Shown: positions 29,573 through 39,790 of the stretch, piece after piece | Numbering within the stretch: the stretch's first letter is position 1 | Layout: each line of letters starts with the position of its first letter | Assembly (NCBI GenBank): GCA_963739305.1 | Contig: CAVTZU010000032.1 | Coordinates: forward strand, 11,149 to 75,148 | Reading direction: 5' to 3' | From: Candidatus Bathyarchaeota archaeon | GTDB lineage: Archaea; Thermoproteota; Bathyarchaeia; Bathyarchaeales; Bathycorpusculaceae | Length of the DNA stretch: 64,000 nucleotides | Program-made: the position numbers and the translations under genes | Notes under the pieces: generated by a model | What the model was told of the DNA's origin: nothing | Databases searched by the model: none | Seen by the model: only the letters and a program-made list of their open reading frames with translations

Positions 29573-31091
29573 GCGCTCCACGTACCTGCAAGTGATCCAT
29601 CGGGTCATCGAGAACGTGCGGAATCCATTTGAAGAGGTCTGAAGCAACCATGTGGGCTCCTTTTTCATGAAAAACAAAGTCTCCCGCCGCTCCGTTCACG
29701 AAGGCGCCTGCCACGGCGGCTTCAAAGGGATCAACATGTTGAGCAAGGAAGGCACCTACGACTCCCGAAAGCACATCTCCTGTCCCGCCCACGGTCATGC
29801 CAGGGTTGCCCGTGAAATTGAGCTTAGTCCGTTTTCCATCGGAGATTATGTCCACGTGGCCCTTCAGCAACAGAACTGCGTTCAAATCAGTGGCAGTCTT
29901 CTCTACAGCTGAAACTCTTTGATCTATGGAATCTGGAAGTTTCTTTCCTGTTAATATCGCGTACTCTCCGCTGTGGGGAGTCACTACCAAGGGCACTTTC
30001 AATTTTCTTTTGAAACTGGCAAAAGCCTTCAACCCGTCGGCATCCAAGAGCAAGGGTTTTCCAGCTCGTTCAACTGCTTCCACAAGTTTTTTCAGAGCAT
30101 CACAGGTTTCCTGGTGTAAGCCAAGGCCTGGACCAATAACAACAGCGTTGCTCGTGGTGATGTGCTCTTTCAATTGCAGCAGATTGCTAGGGTTCAAATG
30201 CGTTCCCTGTAGCTTAATCGTGATAAGGTCAGGCGATAGCGCCGAGATGGCGTATGCAGTCTTCTCAGGTGCAGCAAGATACGCCAAATCGACTCCGGTT
30301 CGCAGAGCGGCTTGGGCCACAAGCGTGGGCGCGCCCGAGAAAGTTTCGCTTCCACCTACAACCAGCAAGCGTCCAAAATCTCCCTTATGTGAATCGTAAG
30401 GACGAGATTTCGTGATCGCAAGAACGTTGCCTGGACCCGCATATTCTTCAAGCTCTGTCGGTAGTCCTATGCCAGCGACGATCAATTCACCAACGTGTTT
30501 CTTGGCTTTTTTCAAGCCGTTTTTGGACTTGTGGAATGTTATCGTCAAGTCTGCTTTGACGGCTTCGCCCAGTATCTCTCCCGTGTCCGCATCGATCCCT
30601 GTCGGCACGTCGACGGCGACTCGGAAAGCTCTTGTTGAATTGATTTTCTTGACTAGTTGGAGTATTGGTGGTTTCAGTTTTCCTCTGGTTCCTGTTCCAA
30701 GAAGGGCGTCGACGATCACTTCAGCATTAACTTCAGGAAGAAGACTACTGTCATAAACTTCGTTTACATCTATTGTGTCTTTGAGGAACTGCAAGGCTTT
30801 CCAATTTTCGACTGCCGCTTTGTCTCGAATCTCCTCTGCTTTTCCTGCGAGGAATATTGTTGGTTTGAAGCCTAGTGAGGAAAGGTGTCGGGCAACGACA
30901 AACCCGTCTCCCCCGTTTCCACCTAGTCCACAGAATATTGCGATTGACTTTCCGGGTTTGAAGCGGGAAGCAATCTGGCAAGCTACGCAATGTCCCGCAT
31001 TCTCCATCAAAAGAAGTCTTGACACACCGAAGTACTCTGCGTTGACTTCCAGCGTTCGCATTTCTTGGCACGTGATCGTGTCTCTAGGCAA
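29556..31091 (-). CDS. nnr: bifunctional NAD(P)H-hydrate epimerase/dehydratase
   Basis: LMENAG, GGNGGDG, DALLGTG, HKGDFG, GPGLG, DADG, TPH, GGTGDVL. Confidence 0.94.
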   Translation of the reverse strand: MPRDTITCQEMRTLEVNAEYFGVSRLLLMENAGHCVACQIASRFKPGKSIAIFCGLGGNGGDGFVVARHLSSLGFKPTIFLAGKAEEIRDKAAVENWKALQFLKDTIDVNEVYDSSLLPEVNAEVIVDALLGTGTRGKLKPPILQLVKKINSTRAFRVAVDVPTGIDADTGEILGEAVKADLTITFHKSKNGLKKAKKHVGELIVAGIGLPTELEEYAGPGNVLAITKSRPYDSHKGDFGRLLVVGGSETFSGAPTLVAQAALRTGVDLAYLAAPEKTAYAISALSPDLITIKLQGTHLNPSNLLQLKEHITTSNAVVIGPGLGLHQETCDALKKLVEAVERAGKPLLLDADGLKAFASFKRKLKVPLVVTPHSGEYAILTGKKLPDSIDQRVSAVEKTATDLNAVLLLKGHVDIISDGKRTKLNFTGNPGMTVGGTGDVLSGVVGAFLAQHVDPFEAAVAGAFVNGAAGDFVFHEKGAHMVASDLFKWIPHVLDDPMDHLQVRGARGKTS

Positions 31092-31242
31092 GGCCTTAAC
31101 CTCCTGTAGCCTAATGTTTTCTTACGAAAGATAAGTATATCCATGAAGAACTGAAGCATGGGCAAATCTCGCTGAAGAAAACCACATCAGGTTAAACACA
31201 ACAGTAGCAAAATATTTTAATGCACAGATCCGAAGAGTAGCT

Positions 31243-31497
31243 GTGGAGATGCATATGCCAACAGCATTCGTGTTGATAAACACAGAGATTGGCTCAGAAG
31301 CTGACGTCCTCAAGGATCTGAAGAAAGTCGAGGGAGTCGAAGAGGCTAACGCGGTCTACGGAGTCTACGACATAATCGCAAGAGTAAGAGCAGACACGAT
31401 GGACAGACTGAAGGATATCGTAACTTGGAAAGTCAGAAGACTCGACAAGGTCAGATCAACCCTCACCATGATCGTTGTTGAGGAAGGAGCAAAGTAG
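31243..31497 (+). CDS. Lrp/AsnC ligand-binding domain protein
   Basis: AFVLIN, VYGVYDII, VRSTLT; no HTH. Confidence 0.9.
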   Translation: MEMHMPTAFVLINTEIGSEADVLKDLKKVEGVEEANAVYGVYDIIARVRADTMDRLKDIVTWKVRRLDKVRSTLTMIVVEEGAK

Positions 31498-31504
31498 CAA
31501 GCGC

Positions 31505-31519
31505 TCCCCCTTTTTTATT
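31505..31519 (+). terminator. oligo(T) terminator candidate
   Basis: pyrimidine/T-run right after the stop codon. Confidence 0.45.
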
Positions 31520-31585
31520 GCGAAGAAGCAACCCTTTATCTAGGTTCTACTGCCTGTTTTGATTCCGCAAGCAAGGCTACTGAAG

Positions 31586-32926
31586 ATGAAACAAAAGACG
31601 ATGCATATCGGTCTTGACGACACGGACTCGACGAGAAAAGGATGTACTACCTACATAGCAGCGCTGCTCGTGGAGAAACTGACGAAAATCGGGACGACTT
31701 TCACGGACTACCCCAGCCTCGTCAGGCTTAACCCTAACGTCCCATGGAAGACAAGAGGTAACGGTTCACTCTGCCTCAGGATAAATTACGACGAGGAATC
31801 TGAGCGCAGCATCAAAGAAACGGTCATCTCAGAAGTCGAAAAACATTCAGATCTTGCACAGAGAGGAACGGATCCAGGCATAGTGTTCCTTAATGCGGCC
31901 AAAATTCCAAGGAAGATTCGAGCTTTTGCCCGGAACACCATAACGGGAATCTCAAAGCTGAAAGACGCTCTAGAGCTTGTTAGAGAGTACAAAGGCGAAG
32001 CATTGGCTTTCAAAGGAGGTAGAGGGGTTATAGGTGCCTTAGCAGCTATAGGGGAAACGTTTCAGTCTGACTACACCTATGAAGTCATCGCGTACCGGAC
32101 GCCGGAAAACTGTGGAAAAAAACGAAAAGTGGATGAAAAATCAATCTACGAAATGGACAAAGCAACGAGTTCACTCACGTTCAACAATGTTGACGCTGAA
32201 AAGAAAAGAGTCATAATCACTCCTCGAGGACCCGATCCAATCCTCTTTGGGATCCGCGGCGAAAACCCGGAGGCTGTCAAAAAAGCGTTTCGAATGGTGA
32301 AAACTCTGGAGCCAGTCGAAAGATGGGTCATATTCCGTACAAACCAAGGCACGGATGCTCATCTCGAACGAGTGAACGGATTGAATCAGATCAAACCCTA
32401 CAGCTCCGTGATCGTGAGAGGCACCGTTTTCTCAAACCCTGAAATGATCATGGGAAGACACGTGATTTTTCCGATCATTGATGATGCTTCGCGAGTTGAT
32501 TGCGCTGCCTACGAACCAACGGGAAATCTTCGCGCTGCCGCAAGAAAACTGATTGCTGGAGACAAGCTAGATGTGTACGGAAGCGTCCGTCCGCCTTCAA
32601 ATAGCAGACCTTTGACCATAAACCTCGAAAAATTCCGCTTGATTAAGCTGGCACCTAAAGTCTTCTACCGCAACCCCATTTGCCTCAAATGTGGGGCGCG
32701 CTTGAAATCTATGGGTCGAAAACAGGGCTTCAGGTGTGACAGATGCAGAAGAAGATATCCGTCTTTCGAGAAGGTCGCCGTCAAACTGGATCGTGACATA
32801 ACGAAAGATCTCTACATAACTTCCACTAGGTCCCAGAGACACCTAACAAAGCCGTCTCAACGTTACGGAAGAGAGAAAGGCGACGGTCACGTTGAACGCC
32901 TCATTGAGGAATGGCACTTTCCCTAG
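31586..32926 (+). CDS. tiaS: tRNA(Ile2) 2-agmatinylcytidine synthetase
   Basis: IGLDDTDS...GCTT, LNPNVPWKTRGNG, TNQGTD, OB fold and Zn ribbon, RHLTKP. Confidence 0.95.
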   Translation: MKQKTMHIGLDDTDSTRKGCTTYIAALLVEKLTKIGTTFTDYPSLVRLNPNVPWKTRGNGSLCLRINYDEESERSIKETVISEVEKHSDLAQRGTDPGIVFLNAAKIPRKIRAFARNTITGISKLKDALELVREYKGEALAFKGGRGVIGALAAIGETFQSDYTYEVIAYRTPENCGKKRKVDEKSIYEMDKATSSLTFNNVDAEKKRVIITPRGPDPILFGIRGENPEAVKKAFRMVKTLEPVERWVIFRTNQGTDAHLERVNGLNQIKPYSSVIVRGTVFSNPEMIMGRHVIFPIIDDASRVDCAAYEPTGNLRAAARKLIAGDKLDVYGSVRPPSNSRPLTINLEKFRLIKLAPKVFYRNPICLKCGARLKSMGRKQGFRCDRCRRRYPSFEKVAVKLDRDITKDLYITSTRSQRHLTKPSQRYGREKGDGHVERLIEEWHFP

Positions 32927-32927
32927 A

Positions 32928-33167
32928 TTATTTTTCGTTCACTTTGAACACTTCGAGGAGCATTTGATACAATTCGTCGCCTCCCTCAACCCTCGAGAAC
33001 AGATCTTTTTCTGCTTTAAGTATTCTGCTCATAGTAGAATACGTCTGGCGCCATTCAAGTTCTTTCCACATCAAGCGATAGTTTTTCAGCTCAAGCCATG
33101 CACGAAAGACTAGAACCGCAAACATCGCCAAAGTCACCATGAGGTTCAAAACATACAGGTTTATCAC
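32928..33167 (-). CDS. small hypothetical membrane-anchored protein
   Basis: 79 aa, N-terminal TM; GGAGGTGA upstream. Confidence 0.7.
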   Translation of the reverse strand: MINLYVLNLMVTLAMFAVLVFRAWLELKNYRLMWKELEWRQTYSTMSRILKAEKDLFSRVEGGDELYQMLLEVFKVNEK

Positions 33168-33277
33168 ATCGTCGGCCGTAGGCTCTCACCTCCTCCAAGT
33201 CGCTTTTCAGCTGTATCATACTTACAAAATGCATTTAAACGAAACGAGGGATACGTCAGATTGAGAGAAGGCTCAGA

Positions 33278-33586
33278 ATGAGTGAATTCATCTCGCCGCT
33301 TGCCTTCCAGTTAGGAGTAGGTGGAGTAGGCGGTTTCGTGGTTGGATTCGCCATTAAGAAACTGAGCAAGCTGGTTCTGGTCTTGATTGGCTTGTTCCTA
33401 TTGGCTTTGATCTACTTGGGGGCACGTGGAATAATCAACATAAACTACGACGTACTTTGGAGCGGCCTATCCAGCCTGCTTGGGTTAGCAGGCTCAGCAT
33501 TTTCGTGGCTCGTAGGCGTCATCTCGCTTCTTCCTTTTGCAGGAAGCTTTTTGGTCGGCTTTTTGCTAGGATTGAAACTTGGATAG
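33278..33586 (+). CDS. FUN14 family membrane protein
   Basis: LGVGGVGGFVVGFAIKK...GIININY...FLLGLKLG. Confidence 0.85.
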   Translation: MSEFISPLAFQLGVGGVGGFVVGFAIKKLSKLVLVLIGLFLLALIYLGARGIININYDVLWSGLSSLLGLAGSAFSWLVGVISLLPFAGSFLVGFLLGLKLG

Positions 33587-33713
33587 CATGCTTAAGCTCT
33601 AACTCAGTTGAAAATCTGTTGGAGAAATCGCTCTTTTCGAGTTGAACCAATGTCTAGCTTGCTGATGGCATAAGTCATTAATACTTGTTAAATTAATTGA
33701 AAATAGGATTCAA

Positions 33714-34154
33714 ATGAATGAGGAGGAACAGAAATCTTTCGGTTTCTTGTTGTCTCGGTATTTCCTGCACGGGTTTCTTTTCAGCATAGTATTCCTGTTG
33801 CTTGTCTTAGGATGGGCCGTCGTCTTGATTGTCCTCGTCGCGTTCGGTGCAATCATCGGTCTGATACTTGGATTAATCTTGCTTCTATTCATAATTGGAG
33901 GACTCAACACCTTCCTTATGAAGGAGATTTGGGGGCTTTCAGTCAAAGGCGATTGGAAGAGTCTGTTGGTTCACGGCTTGATTTTGTTTTTGGTTCTTTT
34001 CATCGTGAGCATTCCGTCATTTGTGGTGAACGCCGTTTTTCCGAGCATACCCATTCAAATCATCGTTTTCATAGTCTACTGCTTCATCGACGGATACGTT
34101 GCGAGAGGCGTCGGTGGCGGTTGGGAAGAACAAACCGACTACAACTCACAATAG
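33714..34154 (+). CDS. hypothetical membrane protein
   Basis: 146 aa, 4 TM segments. Confidence 0.72.
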   Translation: MNEEEQKSFGFLLSRYFLHGFLFSIVFLLLVLGWAVVLIVLVAFGAIIGLILGLILLLFIIGGLNTFLMKEIWGLSVKGDWKSLLVHGLILFLVLFIVSIPSFVVNAVFPSIPIQIIVFIVYCFIDGYVARGVGGGWEEQTDYNSQ

Positions 34155-34225
34155 TCTAGTTTAAATTCCCGTGTCTTGTTAATCCCCTAAAACATGATAT
34201 TTCACAGTTACTGGAGCGACTTAGC

Positions 34226-37021
34226 TTGAAGAGCTTTCCAGCAGAAGAGTACGACCTTCCGTTTTTCCATGAGGCGGGATATGTCAGAAAGCTTTGCCCA
34301 ACTTGCAAAACCTACTTCTGGACTCAAAACCCGAATCGGGAAACTTGTGGAGAAGTGTCATCCAAAGGATGCGGTTTGTACACTTTCCTCAATGAGCCTC
34401 CTACAAGAAAGAAGTTTACGATGCATGAAATGCGTGAATCATTTCTGTCTTTCTTCGAGAAGCATGGACACGCACGAATAAAGCCTTACCCGGTTGTGGC
34501 AAGATGGAGAGAAGATCTCTACCTGACACACGCGAGCATAATCGATTTCCAACCGTACGTAACGGACGGGCTTGCCCCTCCTCCTGCCAACCCACTGGTC
34601 ATATCTCAACCGTGCATTCGATTGGTTGACATAGACAACACCGGACCGACCTTTGGCCGTCACCTGACCATTTTCGAAATGGGTGGAGCGCACGCATTCA
34701 ACTATCCAGACAAAGAGGTCTACTGGAAAGACCAAACCGTCAGGTACCAGAACCAATGGATTACCAAGGATCTTGGAGTCAAGTCTGACGAGATAGTGTA
34801 CAAAGAAGAAATCTGGTCGGGCGGAGGAAACGCTGGTCCTTGCCTGGAATCTATCATAAGAGGCCTTGAAGTTGACACGTTAGTTTTCATGCAGTACAAA
34901 GTGGTAGACGACGACAAGTTCATCAGACTTCCGATTCGAACGGTCGATACGGGGTACGGGATCGATCGATACACATGGGTTTCCCAGGGAGTTGCAAGCG
35001 GTTTCCATGCAATCTACGGAGAACTACTCGAAAAAATCTTCAAGATGGCGGGACTAACAAGAATCGACCAGGAATTACTCACAAGCGTAGCGAAAGTTTC
35101 AGGCCTAGTGAGCATCGACAAAGCCGCAAGCAGAATTCAGACAAGAAAAAGAGAAGCGGAACTCGCCGGGCTGAAAGTGACAGAACTGGACAAGTTCATA
35201 ACACCCATAGAAAACGCCTTCGCAATCGCAGATCACACAAAATGCTTAAGCTTCATACTTTCCGAGGGCGTCGTCCCTTCAAACATCCAAGAAGGATACC
35301 TGGCAAGGCTAGTCTTTCGAAGACTGTACCGGCTTCTGAGAATCCTAGAGATTCCAGACAAACTGTATGATATCATGGACATGCAGGTCAAACTGTGGTC
35401 TAAAGATTTCCCACACCTCAAGGAAATGCACAACGAAATCATCGAGATGGTCAGAGTAGAAGAAGAAAAGTTTGAAGAAACAATACGACGCGGGGAAGGA
35501 ATGGTCAAACGCATCTCTGAAGAACTGAAAAAGAACGGCAAAAGGGAGATACCCGCCCAGACTCTGACCGAACTATATGACTCTCACGGGTTACCGCCTG
35601 AAATCGTTAAACAGGTTGCCCAACGAGAAAACCTGAACGTGGAAATTCCTGACAACTTTTACAACCTCATCGCGCTGAGACACATGCAAGTGTCCAAGCC
35701 TGCCGAGGAACATGATGCTTCGCAAGAACAACTGAAAAAACTCGTTGAGAAACTCGCGCCAACGCAACTGCTGTACTACGAAGACCAATACATGAAAGAG
35801 TTCAACGCAAGAGTTCTTAACGTAATTGAAAAAGAGTTCGTGGTTCTTGACAAAACATGCTTCTTCCCTGAAGGTGGAGGTCAACCACCAGACAACGGTC
35901 ACCTCACTTTCGACGGAAAGAAAGCGGAAGTCATCGATGTACAGAAGATTGGCGCGGTCATCGTTCACAAAATCAAAGGGGATCTTCCAAAAGAAGGGCA
36001 AACCGTGAAAGGCAAGATTGACTGGGAAAAACGCTACAGTCTGATGAAGAATCACACTGCGACTCACGTCATCGGCGGGGCAGCTAAACGCGTGTTAGGA
36101 CAGCACGTCTGGCAATATGGAACTCAAAAGGGCGTCGAATCCTCAAGACTCGACATCTCTCACTTCCGCAGATTATCACTGGACGAACTTCACAAAATTG
36201 AAACACTCGCAAATCAAGCGGTCATGAGAAACATAAAAGTTGACATTTCCTGGATGCCTAGAAACGAGGCTGAAAGCCTCTACGGGTTTAGACTTTATCA
36301 AGGCGGGGCCGTCCCAGGAAAGGAAATTCGCGTCGTCAGAGCCGGCAACTGGGATGTCGAAGCCTGCGCAGGCACGCATTTGAAGAACACTGGAGAGATC
36401 GGCTTCATCAAGATAGTTCACTCTGAAAGGGTGCAGGACGGTGTTGAGAGACTCCAGTACTCGGTCGGTATCCCTGCAGTAAAAGCTGTCCAAGCAATTG
36501 AAAGTCGTCTTGTTGAGCTCGCAGAGACCCTTGAGGCACCTGTCGAGAAGCTTGATCAAACGGCAGAAAGAATCGTCAGAGATTTGAAAGAAGCAAACGT
36601 TGAAAGACGAAAGCTGATCAAAGAACTTGCATCGCGAGAAAGCGCAGGCGCGGAAACGGTGACGACGCGCAAGAACGAGGAAATCAATGGCGTAAGAATT
36701 GTGAAGCGTGATTTTCGCGAATCTGTGGATGTAGAACGCATGGTTCAGACAGCGTCTGAAATCATCAGGAAAGATGAAGCCTCAGTTGCGGTTTTCTACG
36801 GTTCAGACGGGAAAAACGCGAGAATAATGGTGATGGCAGGAAAAGCTGCTCAAAACAAAGGCGCAAATGCAGGTTTAGTTGTCAAGGAAGCCGCACCCGT
36901 CATAGGCGGCGGCGGAGGAGGCAAACCCAACTTCGCACAGGGCGGCGGAACATTGACCGCAAGACTCCCAGAAGCCGTCAAGAAAGCAGAAGAAGTTTTG
37001 AGAAGGCAGTTGGAGCCTTAA
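34226..37021 (+). CDS. alaS: alanine--tRNA ligase
   Basis: YPVVARWR, VDTGYG, YDSHG, HTATH editing site, GGGGG C-Ala domain. Confidence 0.97.
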   Translation: MKSFPAEEYDLPFFHEAGYVRKLCPTCKTYFWTQNPNRETCGEVSSKGCGLYTFLNEPPTRKKFTMHEMRESFLSFFEKHGHARIKPYPVVARWREDLYLTHASIIDFQPYVTDGLAPPPANPLVISQPCIRLVDIDNTGPTFGRHLTIFEMGGAHAFNYPDKEVYWKDQTVRYQNQWITKDLGVKSDEIVYKEEIWSGGGNAGPCLESIIRGLEVDTLVFMQYKVVDDDKFIRLPIRTVDTGYGIDRYTWVSQGVASGFHAIYGELLEKIFKMAGLTRIDQELLTSVAKVSGLVSIDKAASRIQTRKREAELAGLKVTELDKFITPIENAFAIADHTKCLSFILSEGVVPSNIQEGYLARLVFRRLYRLLRILEIPDKLYDIMDMQVKLWSKDFPHLKEMHNEIIEMVRVEEEKFEETIRRGEGMVKRISEELKKNGKREIPAQTLTELYDSHGLPPEIVKQVAQRENLNVEIPDNFYNLIALRHMQVSKPAEEHDASQEQLKKLVEKLAPTQLLYYEDQYMKEFNARVLNVIEKEFVVLDKTCFFPEGGGQPPDNGHLTFDGKKAEVIDVQKIGAVIVHKIKGDLPKEGQTVKGKIDWEKRYSLMKNHTATHVIGGAAKRVLGQHVWQYGTQKGVESSRLDISHFRRLSLDELHKIETLANQAVMRNIKVDISWMPRNEAESLYGFRLYQGGAVPGKEIRVVRAGNWDVEACAGTHLKNTGEIGFIKIVHSERVQDGVERLQYSVGIPAVKAVQAIESRLVELAETLEAPVEKLDQTAERIVRDLKEANVERRKLIKELASRESAGAETVTTRKNEEINGVRIVKRDFRESVDVERMVQTASEIIRKDEASVAVFYGSDGKNARIMVMAGKAAQNKGANAGLVVKEAAPVIGGGGGGKPNFAQGGGTLTARLPEAVKKAEEVLRRQLEP

Positions 37022-37073
37022 GCTTTTTCTGGTACCCTTTCACTCTAGTTCATGTTGTAATGAAGGAATTCCG

Positions 37074-38213
37074 ATGAAGTACCGAGACTTCAGAAGCATG
37101 GACTGGAAGGTTTCAGCGCTCGGGTTTGGAGCAATGAGACTGCCTATAACAGGTAACGACGCCGCAAACATCAACGAGCCCGAAGCAATTCGTATGATAA
37201 GGTACGCCATTGACAATGGAGTCAACTACGTTGACACAGCTTACCCTTACCACCGAGGAAACTCCGAGTTTGTCGTCGGAAAAGCCTTGGAAAATGGGTA
37301 TCGAGAGAAAGTCAAACTGGCAACGAAAATGCCCACTTGGCTTGTCAAATCGCAAGAAGACATGGACAAGTATCTTGACGAGCAACTGAACAAACTGAAA
37401 ACAAAACAGATCGACTTCTATCTCTTGCATGGACTTGACGGGGAACGCTGGCAGAAACTCTCAAAATTGGATGTCGTGAAGTGGCTCGAAAAGAAGCAAG
37501 ATGAAAAAAAGATAGCACACGCTTGCTTCAGTTTTCACGACGAATACCCGGCGTTCAAGAAGATCATAGACAGTTACGATGGATGGACTCTTTGTCAAAT
37601 CCACTACAACTACATGGACGCGGACTATCAAGCCGGGACCAAAGGTTTGAAATACGCCGCGTCAAGGGGGCTTGCAGTGGTCATTATGGAGCCAATCGCG
37701 GGTGGAAGGCTTGCGATGAAACAACCCGCCGAGATCGAAGCTGTCTGGAACAAAGCTGAAACAAAGAGGTCGCCCGCAGAATGGGCTCTGCAGTGGGTTT
37801 GGAACCAGCCTGAAGTTACGGTTGTGCTGAGCGGGATGAGCACGATGGAGCAAGTCAAAGAAAACGTCGTAAGCGCAGATCGCTCGGGTCCAGGAACGCT
37901 GACGGCGAAGGAAATGCAGATCATAAACGAAGTCGGTGCTAAGTACAAAGAGTTCGGTTTCATAGGATGCACGGGCTGCAGGTACTGTATGCCCTGTCCT
38001 GAGGGAGTCAATATACCTGAGATAATTTCACTTTACAATGAGTACTTCATGAAGGACAAGAATGATGAGGTCAAGAAGAAGTATTGGGAACACATAACTC
38101 CGGAAAGCCAAGCCAAGAGATGTGCCAGATGCGGAAAATGTGAAGAGCTTTGCCCACAGAAGCTGACGATTAGAGAGGTTCTGAGTCGGGCTCACTGGAT
38201 ATTCGAGCAATAA
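37074..38213 (+). CDS. aldo/keto reductase with C-terminal 4Fe-4S domain
   Basis: LGFGAMRLP, DTAYPY, CTGCRYCMPCP, CARCGKCEELCP. Confidence 0.92.
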   Translation: MKYRDFRSMDWKVSALGFGAMRLPITGNDAANINEPEAIRMIRYAIDNGVNYVDTAYPYHRGNSEFVVGKALENGYREKVKLATKMPTWLVKSQEDMDKYLDEQLNKLKTKQIDFYLLHGLDGERWQKLSKLDVVKWLEKKQDEKKIAHACFSFHDEYPAFKKIIDSYDGWTLCQIHYNYMDADYQAGTKGLKYAASRGLAVVIMEPIAGGRLAMKQPAEIEAVWNKAETKRSPAEWALQWVWNQPEVTVVLSGMSTMEQVKENVVSADRSGPGTLTAKEMQIINEVGAKYKEFGFIGCTGCRYCMPCPEGVNIPEIISLYNEYFMKDKNDEVKKKYWEHITPESQAKRCARCGKCEELCPQKLTIREVLSRAHWIFEQ

Positions 38214-38233
38214 ACAACCAGGGTTGGCATCTT

Positions 38234-38893
38234 TTGCCTGATGATTCCACGATCAAAGCCGTGATCTTCGACTTGGATGGAGTCATCGCGGAGACCGAGC
38301 ACGTCCACATTCAGGCAGAAAAAGAGACCATGCTCAAACACGGCATCAAGATATCCGAGGATGAACTGCATCGATACACTGGGACCACCGCTAAACAAAT
38401 GTTCACTTCCTTGATAAGGAAGTACCACCTCAAAACCACGTTCAACGAAATATTCAATCAAAAAGAAGAGATAATGTTCAACCTACTCGAAAGAGGAGTT
38501 GAACCAACCAGAGGAGTAATCACGCTGCTCTACACGCTGAAAAAAGCGAGAATCAAGCTCGGGATTGCGTCGAGTTCCCACAAGAGACTGATACACTACG
38601 TTTTGAACAAACTGCAGATAACTGGCTTGTTTGATTCGGTTGTCGGCGCAGAAGACATAACGAACAGTAAACCAGACCCAGAGATATTCCTGACGTGCGC
38701 AAGGAGACTGAACGTCGGGCCTTGCGAGTGTTTAGTTGTCGAAGACTCCATGCTGGGAGTTGAAGCCGCAAAAAAAGCAGGAATGAAATGTCTAGGATAC
38801 AGGAACCCCAACAGCGGAAACCAAGACCTATCAAAAGCAGACATCGTAACAGATGATTTCTCTAAGCTAGGCATCAAAAATCTGCTTTCCTGA
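38234..38893 (+). CDS. HAD family phosphatase (beta-PGM-like)
   Basis: FDLDGV, ASSS, KPDP, VEDS. Confidence 0.92.
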   Translation: MPDDSTIKAVIFDLDGVIAETEHVHIQAEKETMLKHGIKISEDELHRYTGTTAKQMFTSLIRKYHLKTTFNEIFNQKEEIMFNLLERGVEPTRGVITLLYTLKKARIKLGIASSSHKRLIHYVLNKLQITGLFDSVVGAEDITNSKPDPEIFLTCARRLNVGPCECLVVEDSMLGVEAAKKAGMKCLGYRNPNSGNQDLSKADIVTDDFSKLGIKNLLS

Positions 38894-38899
38894 AGAGGT

Positions 38900-39790
38900 A
38901 TGAGCGAGAGCTGCATAATGTCGGAGAAACTTACGAAGGTTGAGTTCACTAACCTCGACAAAATACTGTATCCCGATTTGAACGTCACGAAAGGTCAGAT
39001 AATCAAATACTACATCCAAGTGGCTCCAAAGATGCTGGATATCCTGGCTAACAGACCAATCGTATTGACAAGGTTTCCGAACGGCGTCGATCAAGAGGGT
39101 TTCTACGAGAAAGACGCTCCGCAAGGCACTCCTGGATGGGTGAAAACCCTCAGAAAATACTCTGAGACGGGGAAGCGAGAAATCAACTACATCCTGTGCG
39201 ATGATCTGGACACGCTCATCTGGCTCGCCAATCTGGCCGCTTTGGAAATTCACATGACCCTTTCCCAGGCCGACTCGTTTGAAAACCCCGATCTAGTCGT
39301 GTTCGACTTAGACCCTAAAACTCCAGCTGGCTATCGCGAAGTCGCGGAGGTTGCCTTTCTGATAAAGGAAAAACTTGATTCACTAGGCTTGAAATCATTC
39401 GTGAAAACCTCAGGAAAGAAAGGTATTCACATCCTTTTTCCAATCATCAGCGGCTACTCCTTCAAACAAACTCGAGAATTCGTCCAAGGAATCGGTGAAT
39501 CTCTCAAGGAACAAACCGACACAATAGTAACTGAAAGATCCAAGAAGGACACTGAAGGAAGAGTGTACATAGATTACGTGCAGAATTCACATGGAAGAAC
39601 GATGATTTGTCCTTACAGTCTGAGAGCGACATCTCACGCGACGGTGTCTATACCGTTGAAGTGGGACGAAGTCAAGAAAGGGTTAAACCCTGAAGAGTTC
39701 AACCTATTCAGTGCAGTCAAAATCACGGAGAATCCTTGGAAAGGAATAATGGAGAACAAGCAGAAGTTGGAGGATGTTTCAGATGGTTGA
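38900..39790 (+). CDS. ligD: NHEJ primase-polymerase (LigD Pol domain, stand-alone)
   Basis: RFPNG, FYEK, FDLDP, KTSGKKGIH, IDYVQN, PYSLRA, VSIPLKW. Confidence 0.93.
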   Translation: MSESCIMSEKLTKVEFTNLDKILYPDLNVTKGQIIKYYIQVAPKMLDILANRPIVLTRFPNGVDQEGFYEKDAPQGTPGWVKTLRKYSETGKREINYILCDDLDTLIWLANLAALEIHMTLSQADSFENPDLVVFDLDPKTPAGYREVAEVAFLIKEKLDSLGLKSFVKTSGKKGIHILFPIISGYSFKQTREFVQGIGESLKEQTDTIVTERSKKDTEGRVYIDYVQNSHGRTMICPYSLRATSHATVSIPLKWDEVKKGLNPEEFNLFSAVKITENPWKGIMENKQKLEDVSDG

